This document shows, one piece after another, positions 1 through 11,400 of a DNA stretch of 64,000 nt. The stretch's first letter is position 1. Each line of letters begins with the position of its first letter. Where the stretch lies: NCBI GenBank assembly GCA_963767735.1, contig CAVYES010000002.1, positions 128,001 through 192,000 of the forward strand, given 5' to 3'. The position numbers were made by a program, and so were the translations under genes. The stretch comes from Candidatus Bathyarchaeota archaeon (GTDB lineage: Archaea; Thermoproteota; Bathyarchaeia; Bathyarchaeales; Bathycorpusculaceae). The notes under the pieces were generated by a model, which did not search any database, had not been told where the DNA came from, and saw only the letters and a list, made by a program, of their open reading frames with translations.

Positions 1-1140
1 AAGTACGTTATACATGCGAAATTTGAAATTGAAGGTGTAGTTGAAAAACCTGATGTGATAGGCGCTGTTTTTGGTCAAACAGAAGGGCTTTTTGGACCTG
101 AACTTGACTTAAGAGAACTGCAGAAAACAGGCCGCATCGGCAGAATAGAAATAGAGTTGCATTCAAAAAATGATAAAACCACTGGTTTTATAACGATTCC
201 AACCAGCCTAGATCGGGTTTCAACAGCGCTGATTGCCGCAAGCATAGAGAGCATTAACCGTGTCGGTCCATGTTCAGCCAAAGTTTGCTTAGAAAAAATT
301 GAAGACATTCGGGAAGCACGCAGGAAAATAATCATCGATCGAGCAAAAGAAATCCTGCATAAATGGACTATTGAGTCGATGCCAAGCGTGGATGAAGTTT
401 ATAAAGAAATCTCTGAGACAATGAAAATCGGCAAAGTCGAAAAGTACGGTCCAGAAGACTTGCCCGCTGGTCCTGGATTAGACAGCGCAAAAGAAATCAT
501 CGTTGTTGAAGGACGCGCTGACATAATCAATCTGATGCGTTGCGGAATTTTCAACACCGTCGCTCTTGAAGGCGCCAAAGTTCCTGAGTCAATAAAGAAG
601 CTAACTAAAGAAAAAACAGCCACAGCCTTGCTGGATGGCGACCGAGGCGGCGATCTAATACTAAAAGAGTTACAACAGGTAACAAATGTCAAGTTTGTCG
701 GCCGCGCTCCAAGAGGCAAAGAAATCGAGGAATGCAACTGCAAAGAAATCGCCGAAGCCATAGAAAATAAGCTTCCAATAGCTGAAGCCTCTGGCAAACC
801 GCCTTCTAAAAAGCCTGAGCCGCCGCAGCGCATCAAAGTCGAAGTTCCAGAACCCGTCAGCAATGCAGCAAAAGCTTTGCTTGGCACCCTTGAAGCAGTC
901 TTGCTAAATGACAAGTTCGAGTTGATTGAGCGTTTGCCCGTAAGCCAATTAGCAGAAAAGCTCCAGCAAGTAACCGGCGTTGACACAGTGGTTTTCGATG
1001 GAATCATAACGCAGAGAATAGTTGATATCGCAGGCGATAAAAACATTAGACGCATAGTTGCTTCGAGAGTTTCAGAAGCGGTAAAGCCAGCCCTAAACGT
1101 TGAATTAGTAACATTCCAAGACGCAATCCCTCAAGCTTAA
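1..1140 (+). CDS. dnaG: Archaeal DnaG-like primase / exosome-associated TOPRIM protein (5' truncated by window edge)
   Basis: Frame open from base 1 (KYVIHAKFEIEGVVEKPDVIGAVFGQTEGL); LRELQKTGRIGRI; TOPRIM motifs VVEGRAD and LDGDRGG. Confidence 0.95.
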   Translation, partial: KYVIHAKFEIEGVVEKPDVIGAVFGQTEGLFGPELDLRELQKTGRIGRIEIELHSKNDKTTGFITIPTSLDRVSTALIAASIESINRVGPCSAKVCLEKIEDIREARRKIIIDRAKEILHKWTIESMPSVDEVYKEISETMKIGKVEKYGPEDLPAGPGLDSAKEIIVVEGRADIINLMRCGIFNTVALEGAKVPESIKKLTKEKTATALLDGDRGGDLILKELQQVTNVKFVGRAPRGKEIEECNCKEIAEAIENKLPIAEASGKPPSKKPEPPQRIKVEVPEPVSNAAKALLGTLEAVLLNDKFELIERLPVSQLAEKLQQVTGVDTVVFDGIITQRIVDIAGDKNIRRIVASRVSEAVKPALNVELVTFQDAIPQA

Positions 1141-3521
1141 AGATAATCGGTAAGGCTTCTGCTTTCTTCACTTTCTTTCTTTTCACTTGTCAGTTCTTTT
1201 TCTGTTACACCGAAAAAGCCCAGTATTCTCGCCGCTGCAGGAACCACCTGATTACTCACATAGTAGTCAACGTCTACTTCATCGTACTTGGCAAAAATGT
1301 AGGGTTTCACACGGCTGTAAAATCGCCCTTTACCTGAAAGTATGACGAAGCCTACTTTGTCGCCGCCTGTTAGCCGCCAGCCCTTTTCTTTGAGCATTTT
1401 TGCCGCTTCCACATGCGGAGTCCTAATCGCGTACTGCTCCGGTGGTTTTGTCAGTGTTTTCCAAATTATTAGGTCGTGTAACGGAACTTTCCTCTGCCTT
1501 AATTCTGCTATTACAGTGCGCACGTAGTCAACTGCCTTCACAGGGGACTGCTGTTTCAAAATTATTTCTAGCACGTGTTCCTGCACTTTTTTAGCGACTT
1601 CCGCCCAATCTCCACGCATCACTTCTAACCCAACTATGTCTAATGTGCCGTCAAGCCTAAGTCCAGCATACCGTTTTTTGGCTTCAGTAAAGAAGATGCG
1701 TTTATAGACTTCGCTGATTTCCACTTCTAAGCCCAACTTCTCTTTAATTTCAGCTTTAAGCCCAAGAAGCTTCTTTTCGTCGTTGGTTAAGAAGAGACTG
1801 TCAGTGTCACCGTAAATGACCGCTAAGCTTTTGTCTTCGACTAATCGGGTAGCACTTAAAATGGTATGTCTGCCCCAAGCGGAAGCTGCTTCAGCTACTG
1901 GTTTAAGGTACCATCTTGCGCCGACCCAGCCAGCGTAGCCATAGGCAGCATTTGTTATGATTTTAACCGCTTTTTGCCTCGCATCCAAGATGCTGTATTC
2001 AACCGAGCTGTGGCTTAAAGTCTTCATCTCTAAGCGTATTTTCCCTCTTACTCCTATCAGGTAGGTTAATGCTTCCTTGTAGAATCCGGGCGGTGCTTTG
2101 CGGAATCGATGCTTAACTTCAGGGGCTTCGTAAACTCCAGCTGGCGGTACAGACTCATCAGGTGCAACGTAGGTGTCAGGCGAGAGGTTGTATCGTATCA
2201 TGATGTTAGGGTACATTGATTTGAAATCTAAAACAGCTATGTCACTGTGCAATCCAGGTTTTGGTTTAAGCACCAATCCCCCGGCGTAAGGCCGATAGGG
2301 CTGCTCTACCCGTCTGGGTATGAGTTCACTGAGTTTGCGTGTTTGCTTAATTAGAAACCACTCTACCCTAAAGCCTACTGCGGCGGTCATAACATGGTCC
2401 AGTGGCAAGCTAACTAGGCTTGAAAGTTGCATGGCGAAATCCAACAGCAACGCTGCTGAGCTTTGGATTTTGCGTGCGTTGTTTAGGCTGAATTCTTCAA
2501 GCGCTTTCCTCTTCTGTGGGTGTTCCCAATAATCGGCGAATTCAACATCCTCAATTTCGTTGCCCGATGCGATTTTCATTATCCCCAAATATTGGGCTAA
2601 GTTGGAAAGGGTCTTAACCTTAACTTCTGGAAAAACATCCATAAAATCGGCAAGGTCCACATTAGCCACGCCAGTAAACGAAACGTGACCATAAATGCTG
2701 GTATGCGGCTCCTTTCTCGCACGGTCAACATCAAACGTTCTTCCAAGCCTGCGGCTTCGCTTTATCAAGTAATCCCAGTCTCGGGTGTTAGCCCCGAAAC
2801 TAACGATTATATCAGGGTCACACTGGCAAATGTACTCAACGAACTGTTGAAGGATGGGCTTATCATTTTTGTCGTCGGCTGCCACAAACTGCTTTTCTTG
2901 GCCGTTGCTGGCAACAGCGGATATTATTACCACGGGATTTCTGTCTGGTTTAGGTGAGCCTTCCCGGCTGTAACTTATCATTGAGAAACTAAGCGTTTTT
3001 AGCTTCGGCTTGTCAAAGCGGTCGAGCTGTCTTGGAATAGAATTTGCCAAATAAACCTTGTCAACTCTTACACCTGACTTGTTTTCTTCCTCTGCCGCCT
3101 CCACTTCATGCCATGCACATGGGGCTAAATCATTGTCGATTAGGTACCGCATGGCGACGCGAATATCGTCTTCGAGGCAGTCTTTTACCCCTTCGAGCCC
3201 TCGAAGCTCTTTGGCAAGCCTCCCCATTTCGGTTGCGCCTTTACAGTAGACCTTTATTGCTTGCACGGGCTTGCCGAAGAACCTGCACTCAACGGCTTCC
3301 GCCTTCAATATTGATGAGGGATAAGCGTTCATGATTTCCGCTGCAATTTTCGGCGTGCTAAATCCTTCTTTGACCACAGCGTAAAAGTATGCAGTAACGT
3401 TTCTATTAATAATTAGCACTCGGTTTTCTTTTGCATCAATCCCCCAAAGCCACAACTCACACGAGTCACATGTTTTATCTATTTTGGGGTTAATGTCTAG
3501 GAGCCAAAAAGTAACTTTCAC
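1137..3521 (-). CDS. polB: Family B DNA polymerase (PolB3-like) with degenerate 3'-5' exonuclease motifs
   Basis: Polymerase motifs DFKSMYP, KIITNAAYGY, YGDTDSLF and KKRYAG intact; ExoI region reads SFSMISY instead of xFDIE. Confidence 0.95.
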   Translation of the reverse strand: MKVTFWLLDINPKIDKTCDSCELWLWGIDAKENRVLIINRNVTAYFYAVVKEGFSTPKIAAEIMNAYPSSILKAEAVECRFFGKPVQAIKVYCKGATEMGRLAKELRGLEGVKDCLEDDIRVAMRYLIDNDLAPCAWHEVEAAEEENKSGVRVDKVYLANSIPRQLDRFDKPKLKTLSFSMISYSREGSPKPDRNPVVIISAVASNGQEKQFVAADDKNDKPILQQFVEYICQCDPDIIVSFGANTRDWDYLIKRSRRLGRTFDVDRARKEPHTSIYGHVSFTGVANVDLADFMDVFPEVKVKTLSNLAQYLGIMKIASGNEIEDVEFADYWEHPQKRKALEEFSLNNARKIQSSAALLLDFAMQLSSLVSLPLDHVMTAAVGFRVEWFLIKQTRKLSELIPRRVEQPYRPYAGGLVLKPKPGLHSDIAVLDFKSMYPNIMIRYNLSPDTYVAPDESVPPAGVYEAPEVKHRFRKAPPGFYKEALTYLIGVRGKIRLEMKTLSHSSVEYSILDARQKAVKIITNAAYGYAGWVGARWYLKPVAEAASAWGRHTILSATRLVEDKSLAVIYGDTDSLFLTNDEKKLLGLKAEIKEKLGLEVEISEVYKRIFFTEAKKRYAGLRLDGTLDIVGLEVMRGDWAEVAKKVQEHVLEIILKQQSPVKAVDYVRTVIAELRQRKVPLHDLIIWKTLTKPPEQYAIRTPHVEAAKMLKEKGWRLTGGDKVGFVILSGKGRFYSRVKPYIFAKYDEVDVDYYVSNQVVPAAARILGFFGVTEKELTSEKKESEESRSLTDYL

Positions 3522-3529
3522 TGGAAATC

Positions 3530-3575
3530 GCCAATTAAAGCATAAGACAAATTTGCCTTTAAACCTTTAATTGGC
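3530..3575. promoter_or_regulatory. 11-bp perfect inverted repeat bracketing a TTTAAA box upstream of polB
   Basis: GCCAATTAAAG (3530-3540) and CTTTAATTGGC (3565-3575), 24-nt spacer containing TTTAAA. Confidence 0.4.
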
Positions 3576-3822
3576 AAACAGTTTTGATTCATCAGCGTAA
3601 AATCCCTTTTTTCTTTTGAGCTGTCTAACATGATTGATGCCGACCGGGTTAAGCGTCTGCATCTTTTTTCAGCTAAGATCACTGGACAAAAAGGGTGTGC
3701 CCATCAACGCTACTTTCAATTTTGCTAGAGAAATTCATTTGCTAAATTGATACCCCGTCCCGCCTTTCTTTCTGGAAGAGTTAGTTTTAAGTTTCTCGCT
3801 GTGACAGTATTTTTGATGTTTT

Positions 3823-4750
3823 ATGGGTTCTCAAGAAGTTCTAATCGAGGCGCAACAGTTAACAAAGAAATTTGACGATTTCACAGCGGTAGATCACATA
3901 GATTTTAAAGTGTACAGAGGCGAATGTGTAGGTTTCTTGGGACCCAACGGTGCAGGCAAAACCACCACTGTCCGCATGGTGTACTGTTTTCTGCCTCCAA
4001 CGTCTGGTGAATTAAAAGTTGCGGGATTCAGCGTCAACACACAATGTCAGGCAAATAAAAAACCTGGTTGGAGTGGCACCTCAAGAGGACAATTTAGACC
4101 CGGACTTCACCGTCATAAAAAACCTCACGGTCTACTGTCGCTATTTTGACATCCCAAAAGATGAAGCGATAAAAAGAGCAGATGAACAGCTAAAGTTTTT
4201 TCAACTTGAGGAAAAAAAGAATGCGCCTATAGATGCCCTGTCAGGAGGCATGAAGCGCCGCCTAATTTTTGCGAGGGCACTGATAAATCAGCCTCAAATT
4301 CTTCTTTTAGATGAACCTACCACGGGGTTGGATCCTCAAGCGCGGCATTTAGCTTGGGATGAAGTGCGTAATTTGAAGAAGAAGCAGGTTACCATCATTT
4401 TGACGACACATTATATGGATGAAGCCGCTGTTCTATGTGACAGAATACTAATTATTGATAGAGGAAAAATTATCGAGGAAGGCAGCCCAGCTGAACTGGT
4501 AAAGAAGCATGCGGGCGAAGAAGTTTTGGAACTTGATTATGATGAGAAGCTTCTGCCAACTTTAAAGGAGGCTTTTCCTGATGCTGAATTTGAAAGGTTA
4601 GGTGATCGGCTGCAAATTTTCACTGATAAGCCCCATGGGGTTTTTGAAGGCTTCCTAAAAGACCACCCGATGCAGAACGTAACTATCCGTACCGCTAACC
4701 TTGAAGATGTTTTCCTTAAACTAACTGGAAGAGGACTAAGAGAGGAATGA
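3823..4750 (+). CDS. ABC-2 exporter ATP-binding subunit (NodI/DrrA-like), split by a +1 frameshift near 4048
   Basis: Walker A GPNGAGKTT in ORF 3823-4149; LSGGM, LLLDEPT and TTH in ORF 4019-4750; removing one base joins them. Confidence 0.85.
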
Positions 4751-5574
4751 GCAGCCCTAACCTTCGCAAGTCACCGGCACGTTTCACCATGCCAAAATTA
4801 ACCTACAGAGTTTGGAAGGTTTGGCGACGAAACTTTGACGTATTCACAAAAACTATAAAGGTTAATTTTTTGCCGTCCCTTCTTGAGCCTATCTTGTACT
4901 TGTTGGCTTTTGGGTTTGGCCTAGGAGGTTTAATCCCAAGTGTTCAAGGCCAACCATACATCGACTTTTTAGCTCCTGCATTGGTAGCGATTGCAATTAT
5001 GAACGGCGCATTTTTTGAGTGCACGTTTGCCTCTTTCGTGCGGATGTACTTCCAAAAAACCTTTGACGCAATCGTAGCCACGCCTGTTAGTGTTGAAGAA
5101 GTAGTTGCGGGAGAACTTCTTTGGGGCGCAACTCGCTCCACAATAAACGCGACAATCGTGTTGGCTGTGATTGCAACTTTCGGCTTAATTAAGAGCCCCC
5201 TGTTTCTGCTGGTTGTGCCGCTCGCGTTCTTCGGCGGATTAATGTTTGGCTCTATCGCAATGTGTTTTACAGCTATAGCACCCAACATTGACTTTTTCAA
5301 TTTTCCCTCGTTTCTGTTTCTGACGCCAATGTTTTTTCTAAGCGGCACATTTTTCCCGTTGACATCTGTGCCACTTCAAATCGCAGCTATGGCTGTTTTG
5401 CCCTTAACCCACATAGTTAACTTAACTCGAGCAGTTGTCACAACTCATGTTACACCAATTCTAGGATTAAGCACAGGAATTCTACTGATCATTAGCATGG
5501 CATGGATAATAGCTGTTGGAATATTCTTCTTTATAGTCAGCATTAACCTTATGAAAAAGCGGTTAACAGCATAA
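4747..5574 (+). CDS. ABC-2 exporter permease (NodJ-like)
   Basis: About six TM helices, FLSGTFFP and PLTH motifs; ATGA overlap with the ATPase gene. Confidence 0.9.
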   Translation: MSSPNLRKSPARFTMPKLTYRVWKVWRRNFDVFTKTIKVNFLPSLLEPILYLLAFGFGLGGLIPSVQGQPYIDFLAPALVAIAIMNGAFFECTFASFVRMYFQKTFDAIVATPVSVEEVVAGELLWGATRSTINATIVLAVIATFGLIKSPLFLLVVPLAFFGGLMFGSIAMCFTAIAPNIDFFNFPSFLFLTPMFFLSGTFFPLTSVPLQIAAMAVLPLTHIVNLTRAVVTTHVTPILGLSTGILLIISMAWIIAVGIFFFIVSINLMKKRLTA

Positions 5575-5785
5575 CTCACGTTAAATGAGTTAGGAGCGTT
5601 TTAGTTTTTCTTTTTGTCGCTTTTTTTGGAGCAAATAGCAGGTATGCCTATGGTGAGCGAGTTTCTTAGTTAGGGCTTATTTTGGGCTGTTTTTTTGGTA
5701 TTGAGCTTAATTTGAGGTTTAGCTCGGGGCAGTGGAACATAGGCGCGTGCAATTAATGAAATTGCCCACTTTTTGTTTTGAAGAA

Positions 5786-6556
5786 TCATTTTTCAAAATC
5801 CATTTGGGGCAGATTGAATTGTCTTTCAATATCATGGGTAAACCCGGCGACGATGGTTACAAGAAGGACAAATGAGGCAAAGCCGAGAATGATCCAGTCA
5901 ATCATTTGAAGCTGGTTCAGGTTGCTTACGCCGGGCAAAAACCCATAAATTGCGATTTCAAGGGCAAGTAAAAACATAAACGAAGCTGCAATTAGAAACA
6001 ACAACCAAGTTTTGGCAATTGCCCTGCGAATGTCCACTGAGATATGTGCCTTCCACCATCTGAGAGGTTTGTTGATGCGGGTTGCAACAGCCCAAGTTAA
6101 AATGATAAAGGGTACTTGAGCGACGCCTCCGCCAACCAAAAAAAGGATTGTTCCGACAAGAAGAAAAATTGAGCTGCCTCTTTTAGCATCGATAAAACGG
6201 GCAGACCAAACAGCCAGTAGTAATCCGGCGATAATCACGAGGATGCCCGTTATTAAGAAGTTGGGAATTAACGTAAATGCTCCTTCACCACCGTTGGTCC
6301 ATCTGGTATAGCTGCTCCCTTTGCCAACGGCGTTTATTACGAAGCCGTTTGTTTTATGATTTCCCTGCAGGGCTTCAAAAGTTCCGTGGCTGAAACCTGA
6401 AATTCCTGTTAACACGCCCATTGTTGACGCTATTGCTTTTGTAGCGTTAACGTTGCTTCGCCCTTTTTTGCGGTTTACTTTTGAGGTCAAGATCATGGAA
6501 ATCATCGTTTCTCCACTATTTAACATTTGAATCTTCCACAGTTCCCGCACAGGCAT
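5786..6556 (-). CDS. Hypothetical integral membrane protein (true start probably downstream of ORF start)
   Basis: Multiple hydrophobic helices; HGTFEALQG and FTLIPNFLITG segments. Confidence 0.6.
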   Translation of the reverse strand: MPVRELWKIQMLNSGETMISMILTSKVNRKKGRSNVNATKAIASTMGVLTGISGFSHGTFEALQGNHKTNGFVINAVGKGSSYTRWTNGGEGAFTLIPNFLITGILVIIAGLLLAVWSARFIDAKRGSSIFLLVGTILFLVGGGVAQVPFIILTWAVATRINKPLRWWKAHISVDIRRAIAKTWLLFLIAASFMFLLALEIAIYGFLPGVSNLNQLQMIDWIILGFASFVLLVTIVAGFTHDIERQFNLPQMDFEK

Positions 6557-6575
6557 TCACAAAAACCAAAAAAAG

Positions 6576-7514
6576 CTAAAAATTACGTTTAATGTTAAGC
6601 TTAATGTCTTTAACTTCAGCAATGATAAGATAGGAAGCAGCTAACCCCCTCCATCTGCCCCACGACTCAGCGAGTCCCCGAGCCTCATCAGCGTTAATTG
6701 GTTTTCCACCGCAATAATACCTTGAAATAACCCGCCTGACGCCCAAATCATCAGCCGGCAGCGCATCCAGCTTTTGCATCCCCCTCAGCATAGTTAACTC
6801 AGCCGTCCAAACGCCAATCCCTCTAATTGCGTCAAGCTCAGAAATGATTTCCTCGGGGTTGCAGTTTTTTAGATGTTCAAGATCTAACTTGCCCTCTACT
6901 ATTAACTTGGCTGCTCCTTGGATGTACTGGGCTTTGCGCTGGCTTAATCCGCAGCTTTGAATTTCACTGATGCTTGTGTTCGCAATATTTTGATGGGTTG
7001 GATACGCGTAGAAGCTGTCGCCGTTTAGAAAGAGCGGTTCCCCAAACTTCTTGATTATCCTTTCCTCGAGGGCGTGTGCTACTTTGATGGAGATTTGTTG
7101 CTCAACAATTGAATCAATTAGGGCTTCGAAAACCGTTGGCGTAGTCGGGTTTTTAAGTCCATACAACAGTTGAGCTATTTGCTGCATTACATGGTCGTTT
7201 TTGAGGTCTCGGTAAAAAGAGCACAAATCGAAGTCCAAGTTGAAAATGAATTTGACTGTTTCTTCAGCTTTTTTCTTGTCCTGCACTGTGAGTGGATTGT
7301 TAGATTTCAACTCAACACTTATCTTCGGGTCCTCAACAGTTCCGAGGGAAGCCACTTTTAATTGGGCAAGTTTGTCATTGATGTAGACGACTTGGCTGAA
7401 TTGGCTGTTTGTGTAGTTTCGGATTTGTTTGTCGCCGCTGCAGGATATTTGAGCGGTTAAATCAAAGTTGAAAGGTGCTAAGGCTTGAACTGTAAAGGTT
7501 TCGGTGAACGTCAA
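6576..7514 (-). CDS. alkA: AlkA-like DNA-3-methyladenine glycosylase II (HhH-GPD)
   Basis: IVEQQIS, HhH motif LDAIRGIGVWTAE, catalytic LPADDLG. Confidence 0.88.
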   Translation of the reverse strand: MTFTETFTVQALAPFNFDLTAQISCSGDKQIRNYTNSQFSQVVYINDKLAQLKVASLGTVEDPKISVELKSNNPLTVQDKKKAEETVKFIFNLDFDLCSFYRDLKNDHVMQQIAQLLYGLKNPTTPTVFEALIDSIVEQQISIKVAHALEERIIKKFGEPLFLNGDSFYAYPTHQNIANTSISEIQSCGLSQRKAQYIQGAAKLIVEGKLDLEHLKNCNPEEIISELDAIRGIGVWTAELTMLRGMQKLDALPADDLGVRRVISRYYCGGKPINADEARGLAESWGRWRGLAASYLIIAEVKDIKLNIKRNF

Positions 7515-7608
7515 CTTGTTTCATCACTGAAGCGTTCTATTATTTCCGCTTGAATATTAAAGATTTTTAACTTTAAAGTGTGTTGTAAGCGAGTGTGGAT
7601 GGTTAATT

Positions 7609-8283
7609 ATGCGTTTAGTTGTGCGGATAGGCGGCTCTGTAGTCGCGTCACCTGTTAATACTGAATTAATGAGCAAATACGCTGACCTGATCAAAACTGT
7701 GCGGTCTCAAGGTCACGAGGTTGCCGTCGTGGTTGGGGGCGGAGCATTGGCAAGAGAATTTATTCTTATCGCGAAAGATTTGGGGTTGGATATGCAGGCG
7801 CAAGATGAAGTTGCCATTTCCGTTTCACGCCTGTATGCTCAACTTTTCCTCAAACGCCTCGGCGAAGCTGGCTGCAGTAAAGTGGCTATAACTCTTGATG
7901 ACGCTGCTCAATGCCTAAGTGAAGGGAAGATTGTTGTGATGGGCGGTTTGAAGCCTGGAATTACGACGGATGCGGTTGCCGCTTTGGTTGCTGAACGGGT
8001 GAACGCGGATTTGCTTGTTAAAGGCACCGATCAAGAGGGTGTTTATGATAAAGATCCAAGGAAGCATGCGGATGCGGTTAAGTTGGATCGTTTAGGTTTT
8101 GATGATTTGCCTAAGATTTTTGAGCATAGCGAGCATAAGGCTGGGATTCATCAGATTATTGATCCTGAAGCTGTCAAGGTTTTGAAGCGGAGTCGGTTGA
8201 AGTTGATTGTTGTTAACGGTTTTAAGCCAGAGAATATTTTGGCTGCGGTGAAAGGCGAAAACGTAGGCACACTGATAAGTTAA
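7609..8283 (+). CDS. pyrH: Uridylate kinase (archaeal type)
   Basis: RIGGS, VVGGG, PGITTDAVA, GVYDKDP, IIDP motifs. Confidence 0.93.
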   Translation: MRLVVRIGGSVVASPVNTELMSKYADLIKTVRSQGHEVAVVVGGGALAREFILIAKDLGLDMQAQDEVAISVSRLYAQLFLKRLGEAGCSKVAITLDDAAQCLSEGKIVVMGGLKPGITTDAVAALVAERVNADLLVKGTDQEGVYDKDPRKHADAVKLDRLGFDDLPKIFEHSEHKAGIHQIIDPEAVKVLKRSRLKLIVVNGFKPENILAAVKGENVGTLIS

Positions 8284-8445
8284 ATTCATTTTTTAGTTTT
8301 TACCTTAAACACGACGACGGGATGCTGGAGAGTTAAAAAGGCTCGATACTCAGTCAGCGATACTTATCGTATAGACAAAACTTGAAGGATTACCCATAAT
8401 AATATAGGGTAATGCCTACAATTTGGTAGTAAGTGCGTACTTTCT

Positions 8446-11400
8446 TTGGCGGATAGAAAAGGAATTATTGTGAGTAAAACTAAAAAAAAGCAAGAAAGCA
8501 GAAAAAACGAAGCTCGTAGCAGCCAAGTTAAACCGATTTTTCCGATTGCAGGTTTAGGTGCTTCTGCTGGCGGCTTGGAGGCTATCAAGAAACTTCTTGA
8601 AAGTTTACCTCAGGACACTGGCTTAGCTTTCGTTATTGTTCAGCATCTTGCCACAAACCAAGAAAGCATGCTGCCTGAAATTCTTGCGCGTTCCACCCAA
8701 ATGCCCGTTAATAAAATTGAGGATGGAATGGTAATTGAACCTAACCAAGTTTACGTGATTCCCGCTGGAAAAAACGTTACAGTAGAAAATGGTCATCTAA
8801 ACCTTGAACCAAAGGGAATTTCTCTAAAGCCCATTGATGAGTTTTTGTGTTCCTTGGCGTTAGAGCGGAAAACACATGCAATCGGCATTGTACTCTCAGG
8901 AACAGGTTCTGACGGAACTGAAGGGTTAAGAGCCGTTAAAGCTGAAGGCGGAATCACCTTCGTTCAAGATTTAAAATCCGCCCAATACCCTGACATGCCT
9001 AAAAGCGCCATAGCCGCGGAAGTCGTGGATTTCGTGCGCTCTCCAGAGCAGATTGCAGAAGAATTGTGCAGCATCGCTAAGCATCCAGAGATTACTCGCC
9101 AAAAAATTAATTTGGAAGAGCCTAAACCTCAAGAAGCTGAAAATAATCTGCAGACAATATTTACTTTGCTTCAAAGTTCATTCGGCGTCAATTTTGCCAA
9201 CTACAAAAAAACAACAATCGACCGACGAATTAGCCGTCGAATGATCTTAAACAAAATTGAAAACGTAAACAAATATGTTGCATATTTGCGGGGGCACCGC
9301 GAAGAGCAACAAGCATTGTTTAACGACATGCTGATAAGTGTAACCGACTTCTTCAGAGAACCAAACACGTTCTTGGCTCTGAAAGAAAAAGTCTTCCCAG
9401 ACCTCGTTGAGAAAAAACAGTCCAATCAAACTATAAGGGTGTGGATTCCAGGCTGTTCAACCGGCGAAGAAGTCTACTCAATAGCCATGGCACTTACAGA
9501 GTTCCTGGAAGAAAAAGGCTTGGCGTTTCCAATCTTAATTTTCGGAACCGACGTTAATGCAAAAAATATTGAGAAGGCCCGTCGAGGCATCTATCTTAAG
9601 TCCATTGAGAACGTTATCTCCCAAGATCGGTTGAAACGCTTCTTCACCGACTCAAACGGAAACTATCAGGTTGCCAAGCGGATTCGTGACAAATGCGTTT
9701 TCGCGAAACATGATATCATGCAAGACCCCCCTTTCTCTAACATGGACCTAATTGTCTGCCGCAATTTACTCATTTACCTTGAGCCTTCACCGCAAGAAAG
9801 AGTAATGGCTACCCTTAATTACGCGTTAAAACCTGAAGGGTATCTTGTTTTGGGCGAATCTGAAAGCGTCGGCAAATTTACGAGCTTGTTTGAACCGTTA
9901 ACAAAGAGAGGCGTAATTTTTAAGAAGAAAGGCGGTCAACCTAAAGCCGAATTGCCTATGCAAGCGCCCAATCCCTTTTCTAAGGAAATGGGCGCCTTGA
10001 ACTTGCCTAAAAAGGCTGATGCCCAAGCGTTGTTGAAAGATGAAGTTGACAAGCTACTATTAACACAGTTTGCCCCTGCAACATTATTAGTTAACGACAA
10101 TTCGGATATCCTTGCTGTACGCGGGCAAGTTAATCCTTACGTTTCAATAGAGCCCGGAACCCCAAGTTTCAACGTGGGCAAAATGGTGCGAAAAGATCTG
10201 CGGCCTACTGTTCAAACCGCATTATACAGAGCAAAAAAAGTTGGGAAAGATGTTAAGGAAATAGTGCACCTTGAACATGACGGAGGCCAGAAAACAGTTA
10301 GCCTTCATGTTAAACCCATAAAATTATCAAATTACGAAGAGCCCTTCTTCCTCATACTGTTTGAGGAAAAAGAAAAGGCCGCAGTTGAAGTGCAAACAAC
10401 GAAACCAACGTCTCCAAGGGACGTATTAGTGAAAGCTAAAGATCAACAAATAAGAGAGCTCAGCGAAGATTTAGAATCCACTAAGCAAACACTGCAAACC
10501 GTTATTGAGCAGCAAGAAGCAATAAATGAAGAGTTACGGTCAGCCAATGAAGAAATCCAGTCAAGCAATGAAGAGTTAATGAGCACAAACGAAGAGTTAG
10601 AGACCTCTAAGGAAGAGTTGCAGTCAGCCAATGAAGAATTAACAACGCTAAATGATGAACTTAAACAGCGAAATGGAATGCTCAAAGAATTGAACGAAGA
10701 CTTGGCTAACCTGATGAGCAATGTTGACACCGCTGTGGTCATTGTAGGCAGTGATTTTAAGATTAAACGTTTTACCGCTTCAGCTCAAGAACTTTTAAGG
10801 CTTATCCCAGAGGATGTAGGACATTCAATTTTAGGTATTCGCTTGGGCATTCCAACGGAAGAGTTGGAAAAGCCACTTTCATCGGTAATTGCCAAGAATG
10901 AGGTTGTTAGAGCAGAAATCAACGCTGGAAAAGACCGCTGGTATCAAATGCGTATCAGACCATTCATTACTGAAGAGAAGAAAATTGGCGGAGCAGTATT
11001 GTCCTTTGTAGATGTCAGCGAAATAAAGACTTTATCGCATCAAGTTAAGGAGCAAGCAGATAAGTTAGTTCAATCTGAAATTTTGGCGACAGTTGGTAAA
11101 ACCGCGGGCATGGTTGGGCATGACATCCGCAACCCGCTGCAAGCTATAACCAGCGATGTCTATTTGGCGAAGAACGAATTAGCTTCGATGCCTGAGAGCG
11201 ATGAGAAAAAGAATGCATTAGAGAGCCTGACAGAGATTGAAGAGAACACTGAGTACATCAACAAGATTGTTGCTGACCTCCAAGACTACGCAAGAATCCT
11301 AATGCCTCAGTTTACGAAAGTTAACGTTGAAAAAGTATTTCAAGAAGTATTGTCGTCTGTCACTATTCCTAAAGATGTTGCTGTATCTTATTCTATAGCA

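Noticed and set aside
399-1055. Long antisense ORFs (e.g. 399-1055, 11981-12535, 13486-13965)
   Set aside because: They lie opposite well-supported genes and have no recognisable motifs
3514-3528. ORB-like sequence TTTCCAGTGAAAG as a replication origin
   Set aside because: Single imperfect copy overlapping the polB start codon, no G-string, and no orc1/cdc6 in the window
4040-4065. Programmed ribosomal frameshift in the ABC ATPase gene
   Set aside because: It needs a +1 correction upstream of the A-run and no stimulatory structure is evident; a simple indel is more parsimonious
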